From a virus (taxonomy: Duplodnaviria > Caudoviricetes), in IMG/VR virus record IMGVR_UViG_3300025505_000001, positions 1-51,539 of that record: a DNA stretch of 51,539 nucleotides, one strand, 5' to 3'. The translations under genes and the position numbers were made by a program. How positions within the stretch are numbered: the stretch's first letter is position 1; every line of letters begins with the position of its first letter. The notes under the pieces are model-generated. The model worked only from the letters and a program-made list of their open reading frames with translations, did not search any database and was not told the origin of the DNA. Below, piece after piece: positions 35,735 through 45,461 of the stretch.

Positions 35735-37056
35735 TGCGCTTTGCTTTCTACTGCACCGAGGGCTACAGCCTCTGCCTCTGGAATCGTCTTCTCGAAGAGG
35801 GCTTCGAGGTCTTGGTCTACATCGAGGCGCAGGACTACAAAGAAGTCGGAGACGGCATAGTCGAGAAAGCCGGGACCTTCGACGAATTGAAGAAATGGGC
35901 CGGAGACGATGCTGTCTGGGTCTTCGACGGAAACGGTGCGGCAGACAAGGCTGACGCCTTAAGGGCGCAGGGCCGACTGGTTATCAACGACGGCTCCTTC
36001 TCGAAGAGACTAGAGAGCGATAGAATGTGGGGAGAAGAACTTGCCAAGACCTACGGGATATCCGCTCCCGAGACCAAACGATTCAAGACGCTTGACGAGG
36101 CTATGGGCTTCCTGGAAAAGGTCGATGGCGAAGATTATTGGTACTTTAAGAGCGACAAGTACCTGGAGGGCTCTGCCACCTTCGGTACTGAAGCGGAGCA
36201 CCTTGTTCCCTACCTCACTCATCTCAAGTCTCGATTTGGAAATAGCCGCCCTTGCATCCTCCAGAAGCAACTCGAAGGGGTCGCCATCTCTACCAATGCT
36301 TGGTTTAACGGAAGCATCTTCGTTCCGCCGTTCGGCGGGACCATCGAGCATAAGAAGTTTCTCGAAGGAGACAAGGGCCCCCACACCGGATGCCAGATAA
36401 ATCTAGGGTGGCACTACGAGGATGTTCCGACGATTGCCAAGGAGTTGCACTTCGAAGAGATGGCCTCCTTCTTCCGCAAGATGAAAGCGGGTCCTGGGGT
36501 CTATGACATCAACGCCCTCATCTCGTCCGAGGACGAGAAGCCGTACTTCCTTGAGTGGACGCCCCGCTTCGGGTACGACTCCGAGGCCTCGGCCTTCAAT
36601 CGAATCAAGGGGACCCTCGGAGAGTTCCTGTACGCCCTCGCCTCGGGGACTCTCGCAGAGGCTCCGTTCGACACGGGGACCCTCGACGTATCGACCCGTT
36701 TGAGCATTCCGCCCTATCCCTGGGAACACATCGACAAGAACCCTGTAGAGCGGAAGAAGCATACCGGAACTCCCGTAGGGGGAACCGATACCCTGTCGGG
36801 GCCGCCCTTCGCGGCTTACGGGCTGGCTCGGGACGAGGAGGGCCTGTACGTTGCGGACCCCTATGGCTTAGTCGGAATAGCCTGCGCCGTAGGCACCAAT
36901 CTGGGGGCTCTCTGCGAGGAAATCAACGAGACCGCCGAGAAGATAGCCGTAGGAACCCCCAACCTCCAATGGCGAGCGGACGCCCTGGAGACCCTTCAGG
37001 GAGACCTAGATATGCTCCAGGAACTCGGATACCTGACCCATGAGGCGCTAGACTAA
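35734..37056 (+). CDS. PurD (GAR synthetase)-like ATP-grasp ligase
   Basis: ADALRAQG...RLESDR...YGISAP, ILQKQLEGVAIS, EHKK, GPHTG, FLEWTPRFGYD; lacks PurD GSGGREH. Confidence 0.8.
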   Translation: MRFAFYCTEGYSLCLWNRLLEEGFEVLVYIEAQDYKEVGDGIVEKAGTFDELKKWAGDDAVWVFDGNGAADKADALRAQGRLVINDGSFSKRLESDRMWGEELAKTYGISAPETKRFKTLDEAMGFLEKVDGEDYWYFKSDKYLEGSATFGTEAEHLVPYLTHLKSRFGNSRPCILQKQLEGVAISTNAWFNGSIFVPPFGGTIEHKKFLEGDKGPHTGCQINLGWHYEDVPTIAKELHFEEMASFFRKMKAGPGVYDINALISSEDEKPYFLEWTPRFGYDSEASAFNRIKGTLGEFLYALASGTLAEAPFDTGTLDVSTRLSIPPYPWEHIDKNPVERKKHTGTPVGGTDTLSGPPFAAYGLARDEEGLYVADPYGLVGIACAVGTNLGALCEEINETAEKIAVGTPNLQWRADALETLQGDLDMLQELGYLTHEALD

Positions 37057-38402
37057 TGGCTGGACTTCCCTTCCCTGGCGGGGGCGCGCCCGCTATCCAG
37101 ATGGCTAACCCCTGGGGCCAAGTAGCCCAGGCGGCTTCTCAGTTTGGACCAGCCCACGAGCAGTTCCTTCAGCAGAAGGCTCAGACCGCTGACATGCAGA
37201 TGACGGTCAACCTCAAGAAGTTGACGATGCTTCAGCAGTTGCTGAAGACGGCTCCTGCTTCGGAGGATGGCGACCCTAAACTCATAGCGACCGCGAGGGA
37301 CCTCTACTCCTCGATTGGCATGAGCCTGCCCATGAAGGGCAATATGCTCGACCGCGAAGCGATGGGCATACACGCCCCTTGGCAAGATTTGCTCTCGTCG
37401 GACTCCGCGACCTACAACTACTTCTCGGCCCTCGATGGCGGGAAGAAGGGTGATGTCGGGACCCAGCGGGACAACTGGCTCATCGCGCACAACATTGACC
37501 CCGCGTCGCTTCCGGACAGCATCCGATATGCTCCGGCTTATCAAGTCACGTCTCCGGCTGAAGCCACGACGATGTTCGACAAGGCCCAAGCCAGCATCGA
37601 AGACCTCGCTAAGGGAATTGGAGACCCTACAAACATCCAGAACGACTTACTCCATCTGGCGCTTCCAGTCGACCGTATCCTAGGTCCAGGAACTATGGAG
37701 TCCCTGGCGTCCAAATTGAGCGCCCAGATAGGGCCCTGGGTCTCGGCGAAGATTGCTCAAGCCTATAACACGGGCCAACTGGATAACTCCAAGATTCAAG
37801 AGATTGGGGCACGAATCAAGAATCTCGATTCGATAACGAACCTAGACAAGAAGAAAGCCGCCGCACAGGACATCATCAACGAGTACCTTCCGCAAACGAC
37901 TATGTCTCGGATTGCCTCGAACTACGCAAGAGTCTCGGAAGCGAGTGCCGCCGTCACCCGGGCCAATAGTTATGCCGACCAAGTCCAGAGCAACATCACG
38001 ATGGCATCTCGGATGGTTCCGAACTCAAAGCCCTGGCTGGCCGCCGTCAAGTCCCTTGATTCCGAAACGGCCAACCTTACCAAGGCACAGACCGACGCTC
38101 GGAACAAGATGTATGCGTTGGGAAACCTCGCGAATCCTACTCCCCAAGACACGGCCCATCTCGCTGTTGCTCGACAAACGGTTGCCGACCTAGGGACTCG
38201 CATCCACAGTCTTCAGGTCCAGGGAGATACTCTGAGGTCGGGGTCCGGAGTTCCTACCGCTCCTGCCTTGCCCGATACGAGTTCGTTCAGCCGACAGAAT
38301 CCTCCGGAGGACCTACAGCAAGGAACCCACGACGGGCACACCTACACTTGGGACCCCCACGCGACCGCACCTGACGGAAGCCAGGGTGCATGGACACCGT
38401 AA
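37056..38402 (+). CDS. Internal virion (ejection) protein candidate
   Basis: 448-aa A/Q-rich helical protein. Confidence 0.65.
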   Translation: MAGLPFPGGGAPAIQMANPWGQVAQAASQFGPAHEQFLQQKAQTADMQMTVNLKKLTMLQQLLKTAPASEDGDPKLIATARDLYSSIGMSLPMKGNMLDREAMGIHAPWQDLLSSDSATYNYFSALDGGKKGDVGTQRDNWLIAHNIDPASLPDSIRYAPAYQVTSPAEATTMFDKAQASIEDLAKGIGDPTNIQNDLLHLALPVDRILGPGTMESLASKLSAQIGPWVSAKIAQAYNTGQLDNSKIQEIGARIKNLDSITNLDKKKAAAQDIINEYLPQTTMSRIASNYARVSEASAAVTRANSYADQVQSNITMASRMVPNSKPWLAAVKSLDSETANLTKAQTDARNKMYALGNLANPTPQDTAHLAVARQTVADLGTRIHSLQVQGDTLRSGSGVPTAPALPDTSSFSRQNPPEDLQQGTHDGHTYTWDPHATAPDGSQGAWTP

Positions 38403-41400
38403 ACGCGGCTCCGTTGCCTCTGGGCGAGGGGAATCTACAACCGCTTCCTCTTGCGGAGTCTCCATCGACGCCTTCGCCTACTCCTAAGCCGAAGAAGCCG
38501 GGGGTTCCTAAAGCCACCCCTGCTCCTAACCTGAGTCCCAAGTCCCACCCGACTGGTAAACCTGTCCCGGGGGCGCTCCCCCTGGCGGACTCTTCGCCTA
38601 TCCAACTTCAGCCGAACGCTACGGCTGGTGGTCCCCTTGGGGCTGGCGTGGACTTCGCAACTGCCGCAATCGGAGACATCGCCCAGGCGGGTGAGGCCGC
38701 GACCATTGGGGTCGGAGAGACCATTTTTCATACCGCCGTAGGGCTCGCCAACTCCCTGAATGAACACGCAGATATCGCTCCACAAGGTTCTCTTCAACAG
38801 GGCGTTCCCGCCGCCGCTAACGCCTATTGGAAACTCAGCCGAAGTTTCCCCGTTCCGGGGATGGACGGAGGCCTAGGCAAGTCCTTCACTCAGGAGGACG
38901 CCCAGAATCTTCTGGCCGAAGGCCATTACACGGGCGACGCAATTCAATCTCTCATCGAGACGGCCAGGACGCACCCCGGCACTGTAGCGGGACACGTCGC
39001 GGCTCAGGCCCTGATGACGTTCTTCCCTTATACGAGCGTTGCGAACTGGGCGGCCAAGGGTGCCGAGGCTGCTAAGGCCGCACACGCCGCCGCGTTCGGA
39101 ACCCGAATGGCTACTGACGCGGCTTTCAGCGGAGAGACCATCGAGGCCGCCGCCAATGCTCACGAGACCATGCTCGCCAGGGCGACAGGTCGAGGCTCAG
39201 CACGTCCAGGAAGCCCTGGGAAGATTTGGGCTATCGACCCGAAGTTTGACCCGAACGTCTCAGGAAGCGTAAAGCCCAAACTCTTCAATCGTTCGCGCGA
39301 TGAGGGCAAGTTCCGGAAGAAGCCCGTCGTCGCTTCGATTCGGTTGGTCCCGGGAGCAGGGGGGTCTCCTCCGCATGGAGCGGTCGGAACCCACGGAACT
39401 ACTTTCAAGTTCGGAGACCCGGTCAACGCTACTCGTCTTATCCATCAAGACGGCCACTTCGTCAATGTCTCGGGGCCGCTCTCTCAAGCCCTTAACGGCG
39501 CGGGCATTATCCTACGGGAACCCATCAAACTCGAAGACGGAACTCTCATCAAGCAACCGCTCATCTCGGCGGCGTTCGGGATGTTCGATATGTCGAAGGG
39601 CTCGACAGACCCTATCGTGGCCGCCGAACAGATGAAGTCGGTCCTCCTCGGGAAGCCCATGAGAGATATTCAGGTCTTTCATCCTGACCCGGTCATGCAA
39701 GAGATTTGGCAGAGGGCCTTTGGAATCATCCACGGTATCGACTCCCCGGCTTACGCCGTAGACCCGGACATCCTCGCCTTGGGCAAGATGGACATAAACC
39801 AGGCCGAGATAGCCGCTGGCCTGGAGTCGGTCGACCGATATAACTCTGAGAAGACCATGCAGAACCTGATGCGGGGCGAACTCGAAGCGGGCATCAAGAA
39901 GCAAGTCACGGACCACAAGACAACGCCCTCAGCGGTCGGACAGTTTACTCACGACCACGGTCGAGACTCTACGCAGGTCGTCCCGGAAGCCGCCGCCGCC
40001 AGGATGGTCGGCGCATCCTTCGATGTGATGTTTGGCTTCATGCGAAGCCTGGGGATGAAGGTCGACCTTCGTACCGACTACGTTCCGATGATGGTTGAGG
40101 AAGGCCACGCAAGCGTCAACCAGGCTCTCGACATCGCTCGCCTCATCAAGGGCGGACCACACCTCAGAGGTATCCTCATTGAGGCCGGAGTCCCTGCGGA
40201 GCATCTTCCGGACGGGTCGGCCAACAAGATGCCCGGCGCGGGTCAACGAGGCTACATCCAGTTCGGGGGACACCACGGACCCATCGACGATGAGACGGAC
40301 CTCCCGAGTCTTCTGCACTACAAACGGGGGGATGACTACCAAGACCCCTGGATGGCTAAGGGGGGCGATACTCCCATCCTCGATGCACACGGTCGTCTAC
40401 AGGACGAGGGAGAAGACGCCAAGGCCAAGTTCGTATATGACCACAAGACGGGGAAGGTTCACTTCTTTTCCCCTGCCCGGTACCATTCCGAATACGCTGG
40501 CTCTAACGGGATGGGAACCACCCACGATTACAGCACGGGGGGTATCCACGACAATACGGCCCTAGTGTATTATCACGGGACCGAGGCCTACCGCAAACCC
40601 CAAGAAGAGGGCACAGGAACATTTTGGGATTCCAACAAGGGTAAGATTCCACCGTATGCTCAAATCACTACAAAGACATTAACAGAAAAAGCCCAACGAG
40701 AGTGGAACGCCAACGGGATGTCCCCCGACGCAAACATCTCGAAACTAAAGAAGAAGGGCCAGAGGGGCTTCATCTCCACGAGGAAAGAACCTCCGAGCGC
40801 GACCAACAAGCATGACCTCCGAGGCGACCCCAAGCGCGTAATCGCTAGGGTGCTCAAGGCGGCTCGACCTGACATGGAGCCGACCGCGCTGGCTCAGTTG
40901 ATTAGCGAGACCCAGACGGCTTTGCAGGCTAAGGTTGATGAGTCCTACTTCGAAAAGGCCATCAAGATGCAACGCACTCAGGGTGTCGCAAAGGGCGGGA
41001 ACTACGGTATGACCTTGACGTTTGACCACGTCATGCACCAGGGGTCGACCTGGGAAGGCATCGAGCAACTCAGCAAAGATACGGGCGTCCCGCTCACCCC
41101 CATCCGAGAAGTGGATAGGCTTATCGGGCGACAGTTTATGAACATCGCGGACAACGTCCGGAAGGTCCGTCTGGTCAACGCACTTCGCGGAGCAAGAGTC
41201 GTTCAAGAAAAGGACGGGCCGGGGCTCGACAGAGTTGAGGTCGGAACCGATGCTATCTATCTGCCGTCGAAGGTAGCCGAGTTCGTCAAGCGGGTGATTC
41301 CTCCGCAGGAAAACTTCCAATGGTTCAAGTCCTTTCTTCGAGGAGCATCCGCCTGGTCGAAGGAGGGTACGGTAAACTGGAACCTCGCTATCCACGCGAA

Positions 41401-42568
41401 GACCCTGACGACGGGAACCCTCGCGGGTCTCGACTGGAGTGACCTCCTCAATTCTGGGGAGGACTTCATCAACGCCGTCAAAGCGGTCAAGGAGTACGGC
41501 CCCATTCTCTATGAGATGGCTCAGGCCGGAAGCAACGTCGACCACATGGTTTCGCAGTATGGTTCCATCTTCAAGCAAGCCGGAGAATACATTGAATCCC
41601 ACGCGGGCCCGCTCGGCATTACTGGCAAGCCCTTGGTGGCCTTGGGCAAGTACCAGGACACCGTTCATAAGGTTCTGTTCGATGAGTACGCTCGGTACCT
41701 CGTCGCCACGACCTATATGGGATTGAAGCGTGAGTACGGCAAGAAAGGAATGTCTGAGGCCTTCGCTCAGCGGGCGGCGGCCAAGATGTCGAACGACATT
41801 CTGGGTATCCCTTCGGACGTAGACGTAAACACCTGGCTCCCCAAGTATGGCTACCTCTTCATGTTCGCCCCGCTCTTCAAGGCCGGGTCCTTCCGCGCGA
41901 TGGGTCGGATGGCCGGAGGCTTCATCCCGGCGGCGGCCTCTCCGGCTGAACGTCAGGTTATGATGCAGAGCGCAATCAACATCAATCTGAAGGCCATGTT
42001 CATCCAGATTGTCGTGACGAACCTTCTGCAACACGCCTTGACGGGAACCTACTCTTGGCAGAACCAGCCCGGGCATCAACTCGACATCGACACCGGAATG
42101 AAGGGAGTGACCCCCTCAGGGAAGGGCGAGCACGTCTTCGTCAGGCTGAAGGACTTCAATACGGACCCCGAGGTCTTCATCATTAAGTTCTTAGCGGCTC
42201 AGGAAGAAGCGGCGGCGGCAGGCAAGAAGCCTGACCTATCGCCTATCGTATCCGAGGGCACGTCCTTGGGCGGACCCATCGAGAAGGTCATTCTGGACGT
42301 GACCGAGGCCGCCGCTCAGAAGAAACTCGACACAGACTTTGCAACGACCGAGGAACTAGAGTTCGCCACTCCCGGCTGGATACAGGGTGGGCTCAAGCCC
42401 TTCGGGGCCTTCCCTCTGCGTAGCACCGAAGCCAAGTTGCCGCCGGAAGCCTTGCTCTGGGTGGCCTTCGGCTTTAGCCCCTTCGGGGTAGCCCCTCCAA
42501 AACAGGCCTCAGGGGGTCTCGGCCTAGGAGGATTGGGCACCATGAATCCAAAAGGACCTAAACTGTAA
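38390..42568 (+). CDS. Large internal virion protein (1392 aa)
   Basis: Largest ORF at end of the ejection module; helical C-terminal region with hydrophobic segments. Confidence 0.75.
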   Translation: MDTVNAAPLPLGEGNLQPLPLAESPSTPSPTPKPKKPGVPKATPAPNLSPKSHPTGKPVPGALPLADSSPIQLQPNATAGGPLGAGVDFATAAIGDIAQAGEAATIGVGETIFHTAVGLANSLNEHADIAPQGSLQQGVPAAANAYWKLSRSFPVPGMDGGLGKSFTQEDAQNLLAEGHYTGDAIQSLIETARTHPGTVAGHVAAQALMTFFPYTSVANWAAKGAEAAKAAHAAAFGTRMATDAAFSGETIEAAANAHETMLARATGRGSARPGSPGKIWAIDPKFDPNVSGSVKPKLFNRSRDEGKFRKKPVVASIRLVPGAGGSPPHGAVGTHGTTFKFGDPVNATRLIHQDGHFVNVSGPLSQALNGAGIILREPIKLEDGTLIKQPLISAAFGMFDMSKGSTDPIVAAEQMKSVLLGKPMRDIQVFHPDPVMQEIWQRAFGIIHGIDSPAYAVDPDILALGKMDINQAEIAAGLESVDRYNSEKTMQNLMRGELEAGIKKQVTDHKTTPSAVGQFTHDHGRDSTQVVPEAAAARMVGASFDVMFGFMRSLGMKVDLRTDYVPMMVEEGHASVNQALDIARLIKGGPHLRGILIEAGVPAEHLPDGSANKMPGAGQRGYIQFGGHHGPIDDETDLPSLLHYKRGDDYQDPWMAKGGDTPILDAHGRLQDEGEDAKAKFVYDHKTGKVHFFSPARYHSEYAGSNGMGTTHDYSTGGIHDNTALVYYHGTEAYRKPQEEGTGTFWDSNKGKIPPYAQITTKTLTEKAQREWNANGMSPDANISKLKKKGQRGFISTRKEPPSATNKHDLRGDPKRVIARVLKAARPDMEPTALAQLISETQTALQAKVDESYFEKAIKMQRTQGVAKGGNYGMTLTFDHVMHQGSTWEGIEQLSKDTGVPLTPIREVDRLIGRQFMNIADNVRKVRLVNALRGARVVQEKDGPGLDRVEVGTDAIYLPSKVAEFVKRVIPPQENFQWFKSFLRGASAWSKEGTVNWNLAIHAKTLTTGTLAGLDWSDLLNSGEDFINAVKAVKEYGPILYEMAQAGSNVDHMVSQYGSIFKQAGEYIESHAGPLGITGKPLVALGKYQDTVHKVLFDEYARYLVATTYMGLKREYGKKGMSEAFAQRAAAKMSNDILGIPSDVDVNTWLPKYGYLFMFAPLFKAGSFRAMGRMAGGFIPAAASPAERQVMMQSAININLKAMFIQIVVTNLLQHALTGTYSWQNQPGHQLDIDTGMKGVTPSGKGEHVFVRLKDFNTDPEVFIIKFLAAQEEAAAAGKKPDLSPIVSEGTSLGGPIEKVILDVTEAAAQKKLDTDFATTEELEFATPGWIQGGLKPFGAFPLRSTEAKLPPEALLWVAFGFSPFGVAPPKQASGGLGLGGLGTMNPKGPKL

Positions 42569-42930
42569 TGTTTCACTTGACAGCAATTGCGGCTTTGCTT
42601 ACGGCTACGACCGCGACCTACACCGAGAGTATCCCTTCGGGGTTCTCCCCGCTGGTGAGCACTCTGCTGGCGGTTGCGGCGGTGCTCACGTCCCTGGGGT
42701 CCTGCATCGCGGGTATCGCATCTGTGATGGGCTACTTCAAGAGCAAGGACAACCACACCTTGGCCCTCGATACCCACGCGATGGTCGACGGTCAGCGGTC
42801 GTCTATGGTGGCTCTCGTGGATAACCTGAAAGCGACTGTCTCCCAGCAAAAGGAAGATGCCGCTGTCATCGCGGCAGGCACCTTGAAGGACGCTCAGGCG
42901 TTCGTCCCGGCTCCCCCCCCGAAGGGGTAG
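42568..42930 (+). CDS. Membrane protein (holin/spanin-like candidate)
   Basis: Hydrophobic N-terminal segments followed by coiled coil. Confidence 0.6.
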   Translation: MFHLTAIAALLTATTATYTESIPSGFSPLVSTLLAVAAVLTSLGSCIAGIASVMGYFKSKDNHTLALDTHAMVDGQRSSMVALVDNLKATVSQQKEDAAVIAAGTLKDAQAFVPAPPPKG

Positions 42931-42966
42931 GCCCAGGGGGAAAGGGTAAGGCCCTGAGCCTATATC

Positions 42967-43037
42967 TTTGAGTGGAGGGAATTGAACCCCCGACTGATGG
43001 TCCCAGGCCACCCGCGTTACCACTACGCCACACCCAA
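42967..43037 (-). tRNA. tRNA-Pro(UGG)-like, atypical, no encoded CCA
   Basis: Cloverleaf: TTGGGTG/CACTCAA acceptor; GCGT/ACGC D arm; GGTGG-CCTGGGA-CCATC anticodon arm; GGGGG-TTCAATT-CCCTC T arm. Confidence 0.8.
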
Positions 43038-43211
43038 TCAGTGACGCGAAGAGTTCGCCCTGATGGTCTGCTCGACCTCCCGCACGTCGTAGTACCAAGA
43101 GTTCGATAGGCGGTATCCGACTATCCAGCCTCGCTGACGCCATCTCGTGATAGTGCCTGCGGAGACGTTTAGCAGGACGGCCAGTTCCTTCGAGCGATAG
43201 AGAGTCCGCAT
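43038..43211 (-). CDS. Excisionase/MerR-like HTH DNA-binding protein
   Basis: AAGGAGG RBS; SKELAVLLNVSAGTITRWRQRG. Confidence 0.8.
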   Translation of the reverse strand: MRTLYRSKELAVLLNVSAGTITRWRQRGWIVGYRLSNSWYYDVREVEQTIRANSSRH

Positions 43212-43263
43212 GGGTTGGCCCTCCTTCGGAGAGATACCCATGTGGACTTTGTAGGTGTCGGGA

Positions 43264-43470
43264 TTAGAGGTCGATGTAGGGGGCATCTTGCGGCCAGCCT
43301 TTGGAGGCTTTCGGATTGAGGGCCAGGTCGCCGTCGACCTCGACTTCGGTGACATCTAGGTAGGGCATCCCCAGTGCTACGATTTTGTCTAGGGCCGCTT
43401 CCTTCGTTGAGAAGATGCCGTAGAGGTTAACGAAGTACATATCGGAGTTGCAGACTAGATAGACTTTCAA
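43264..43470 (-). CDS. Hypothetical protein
   Basis: TTG start overlapping the upstream stop; KVYLV...GIFSTKEAA. Confidence 0.65.
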   Translation of the reverse strand: MKVYLVCNSDMYFVNLYGIFSTKEAALDKIVALGMPYLDVTEVEVDGDLALNPKASKGWPQDAPYIDL

Positions 43471-44300
43471 GATAGCACCTTCGCCGTCAGGCGTTCCCTC
43501 TCTCCTGTTGAGTATTTGTGGCACTTGGGATTGATGCACCAGTATTGGCGGAGCCGATAGGTCTTCAGGTTCTTGAAGCCGCGCTTCTGGGTTTTGCTTC
43601 CGCAGACGGGGCATCGAAGAGACTGGTTTGTATCCAGGGTGATGTTGGGGTGGGTGTCATCCCACGCTCTGATTCGGTCATAGAACTTCTCCGATAGGAT
43701 TACATCCTTGGCGTTGTACTTCTTCAGCAAGGCCCAGGACTTCGGGTCGCCTCGCATACAGCCCAACCACAACTCAAAGCCGTAGTGCTTGACTTTCTGG
43801 CCGATGCCGAGGGCCTTGCAGAGGTCATCTAGTTTGTTGGAGTTGAATGCGAAAACCTTCTTGATGAGTTTGAGAGTGTCGACTGTCTTGTAGGGGGAAG
43901 GGGGTGTTAGGCCATGCAGGAGGAACTGAGCATTGATGCGCTTGAGGTCGAACTTGTCGATGTTGTGGCCTACGATGAGGTCCGCTCCATCCAAGACATG
44001 CCAGAGGGCCTCCACGAGAACTTTGTCGCTGAATGGGTAATTCTTGTAGAGCGAGAAGTCCGGCAAGGCCCAGGTGACTGGGCGCTTGCCTCGCTCCTTG
44101 GACGAGAAGGAGAGCATGTATCTCTCCCTCTCGAAGGCGATGACGTTTTGCTCCCACTTGTCCCAGGTGTATCCTAGGTTGGGGGCCGTCTCGATGTCAA
44201 GGAATACGACCTTGTATCTAGGCGAAGGGATTACTGGAAGCCCCGCCGCCTGAGCCGCCTGTTGAGGCGAAGGCTTGGCCTGCCTTGAAGGTGACTTCAT
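43467..44300 (-). CDS. DEDD 3'-5' exonuclease (RNase H-like) with C-terminal zinc ribbon; start uncertain
   Basis: FLDIET, VGHNIDKFD, YNAKDV; CPVCG...C. Confidence 0.88.
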   Translation of the reverse strand: MKSPSRQAKPSPQQAAQAAGLPVIPSPRYKVVFLDIETAPNLGYTWDKWEQNVIAFERERYMLSFSSKERGKRPVTWALPDFSLYKNYPFSDKVLVEALWHVLDGADLIVGHNIDKFDLKRINAQFLLHGLTPPSPYKTVDTLKLIKKVFAFNSNKLDDLCKALGIGQKVKHYGFELWLGCMRGDPKSWALLKKYNAKDVILSEKFYDRIRAWDDTHPNITLDTNQSLRCPVCGSKTQKRGFKNLKTYRLRQYWCINPKCHKYSTGERERLTAKVLS

Positions 44301-44688
44301 TGTTGTAGTCTCCCGTCTTCTTGTCTTTCTTCTCAGCCAAGAAGCAAGGCACGTCCTTACCCTCGATGAGCGGGTCGAAGAAGGCCTTCCAGGCTTCGAC
44401 TGCCTGTGTAGAGTCGTTCCTCAGCGTCGGGAAGGTTGCCGCTTTATCGCCGCCGAGCCCAATGTAGTACCGTCCTACGATGTGGCCCGCTTTCGGAGAG
44501 GGGACGACACGGACGGTATATTGCTTCGAGTCAAGGTCGCCACCCTTGAAGAGGCCCGGATACGCGATGAAGTATGTACCCGGCGTAGATTTGGATTCGA
44601 CGATTTCGCCCGGCCCGAAAGAGATTGTGTAATTCCCTTCAGGATAGGTGCTCTTTACGAGGTCGCCAATGGTTTGTGGTGCAGTCAT
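44218..44688 (-). CDS. ssDNA-binding protein candidate
   Basis: Follows the Sak4-like gene; beta-rich; Gly/Ser linker and NPFA tail. Confidence 0.6.
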   Translation of the reverse strand: MTAPQTIGDLVKSTYPEGNYTISFGPGEIVESKSTPGTYFIAYPGLFKGGDLDSKQYTVRVVPSPKAGHIVGRYYIGLGGDKAATFPTLRNDSTQAVEAWKAFFDPLIEGKDVPCFLAEKKDKKTGDYNNEVTFKAGQAFASTGGSGGGASSNPFA

Positions 44689-45461
44689 GCTTTCTCCTTA
44701 GTTACGTTTAGTGAGGTTGCAAACCTTGTTTTGCCCACGCCTGCGGGGCCGTACACAACGATTCTTTTGGGGATGGTTCCGCCGAAGGTACGCTTGATGT
44801 CTTCGATGGTTGGGTCCGGATAGATAAACGGGACAGGCTCTACGTTCTCTGGGAAGCGTCCCTTGGCTCGGTACACCGAGTTGTCGGCGCATCCTATCAT
44901 GCGGGTGCCTTCGGGGATGACGCCTCCAGCCCACTTGATGTCTTGCGGGGCCTTCATCATGTGAAGCAGGGCGTCCGTGAGGTACTCAAACGTCTCCTGC
45001 AACGCAGGATTCATGCTGACCCGAAGGGGCGTCTCCTTGGTGTCCTCGCCTGCCGTGAAGATTGTGGGGATGTCCAGCGACCTGATATAACGATAGACCT
45101 GCTTCACTAGGTTGGTAGTCTTGTTATACATGTGTCGGGCATCCCCGAACTCGTCCACGAGAGACCACGTCGTTTTGCCTGCGGTGTAGGCCTCCTTGAA
45201 TCCGATATCGAGGAAGGTGTTGTTGACCCATGCCGCCGTTGAGTCAAGGGCCATCAGGGCTACGTCCGTCAGGTCGGCTTCGTAGGTCTCGCCCGCTTGG
45301 TTCTTGCAACCCTCCAAGGGCTTGCCCTTCTTGAGCGCCCAGAAGGCCCTCTCTACGTCGTCATGGCCGTTGGCGGGGAACCAGATGACATCGCCTGATG
45401 CGATGCGACCCTGGATGGAATCGGTGCCTCGTTCAAGGTCGATGAGAAGTGTCTTACTCAT
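44685..45461 (-). CDS. Sak4/AAA_24-like ATPase, circularly permuted
   Basis: N-terminal LLIDLERG; Walker B MALDS; YRAKGR; Walker A VYGPAGVGKT at the extreme C-terminus. Confidence 0.85.
   Translation of the reverse strand: MSKTLLIDLERGTDSIQGRIASGDVIWFPANGHDDVERAFWALKKGKPLEGCKNQAGETYEADLTDVALMALDSTAAWVNNTFLDIGFKEAYTAGKTTWSLVDEFGDARHMYNKTTNLVKQVYRYIRSLDIPTIFTAGEDTKETPLRVSMNPALQETFEYLTDALLHMMKAPQDIKWAGGVIPEGTRMIGCADNSVYRAKGRFPENVEPVPFIYPDPTIEDIKRTFGGTIPKRIVVYGPAGVGKTRFATSLNVTKEKA

Noticed and set aside
35734-37056. Purine auxiliary gene or Z-genome (2-aminoadenine) pathway
   Set aside because: PurZ is PurA-like, not ATP-grasp; no PurZ or DatZ is recognisable and PurD substrate motifs are missing.
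40745-42079. Long antisense ORFs (also 24527-25279, 28068-28880, 17796-18635)
   Set aside because: Shadow frames opposite well-supported genes in GC-rich DNA; no RBS or motifs.
43038-43211. Lysogeny module
   Set aside because: Only an excisionase-like HTH; no integrase, CI-like repressor or partition genes found.
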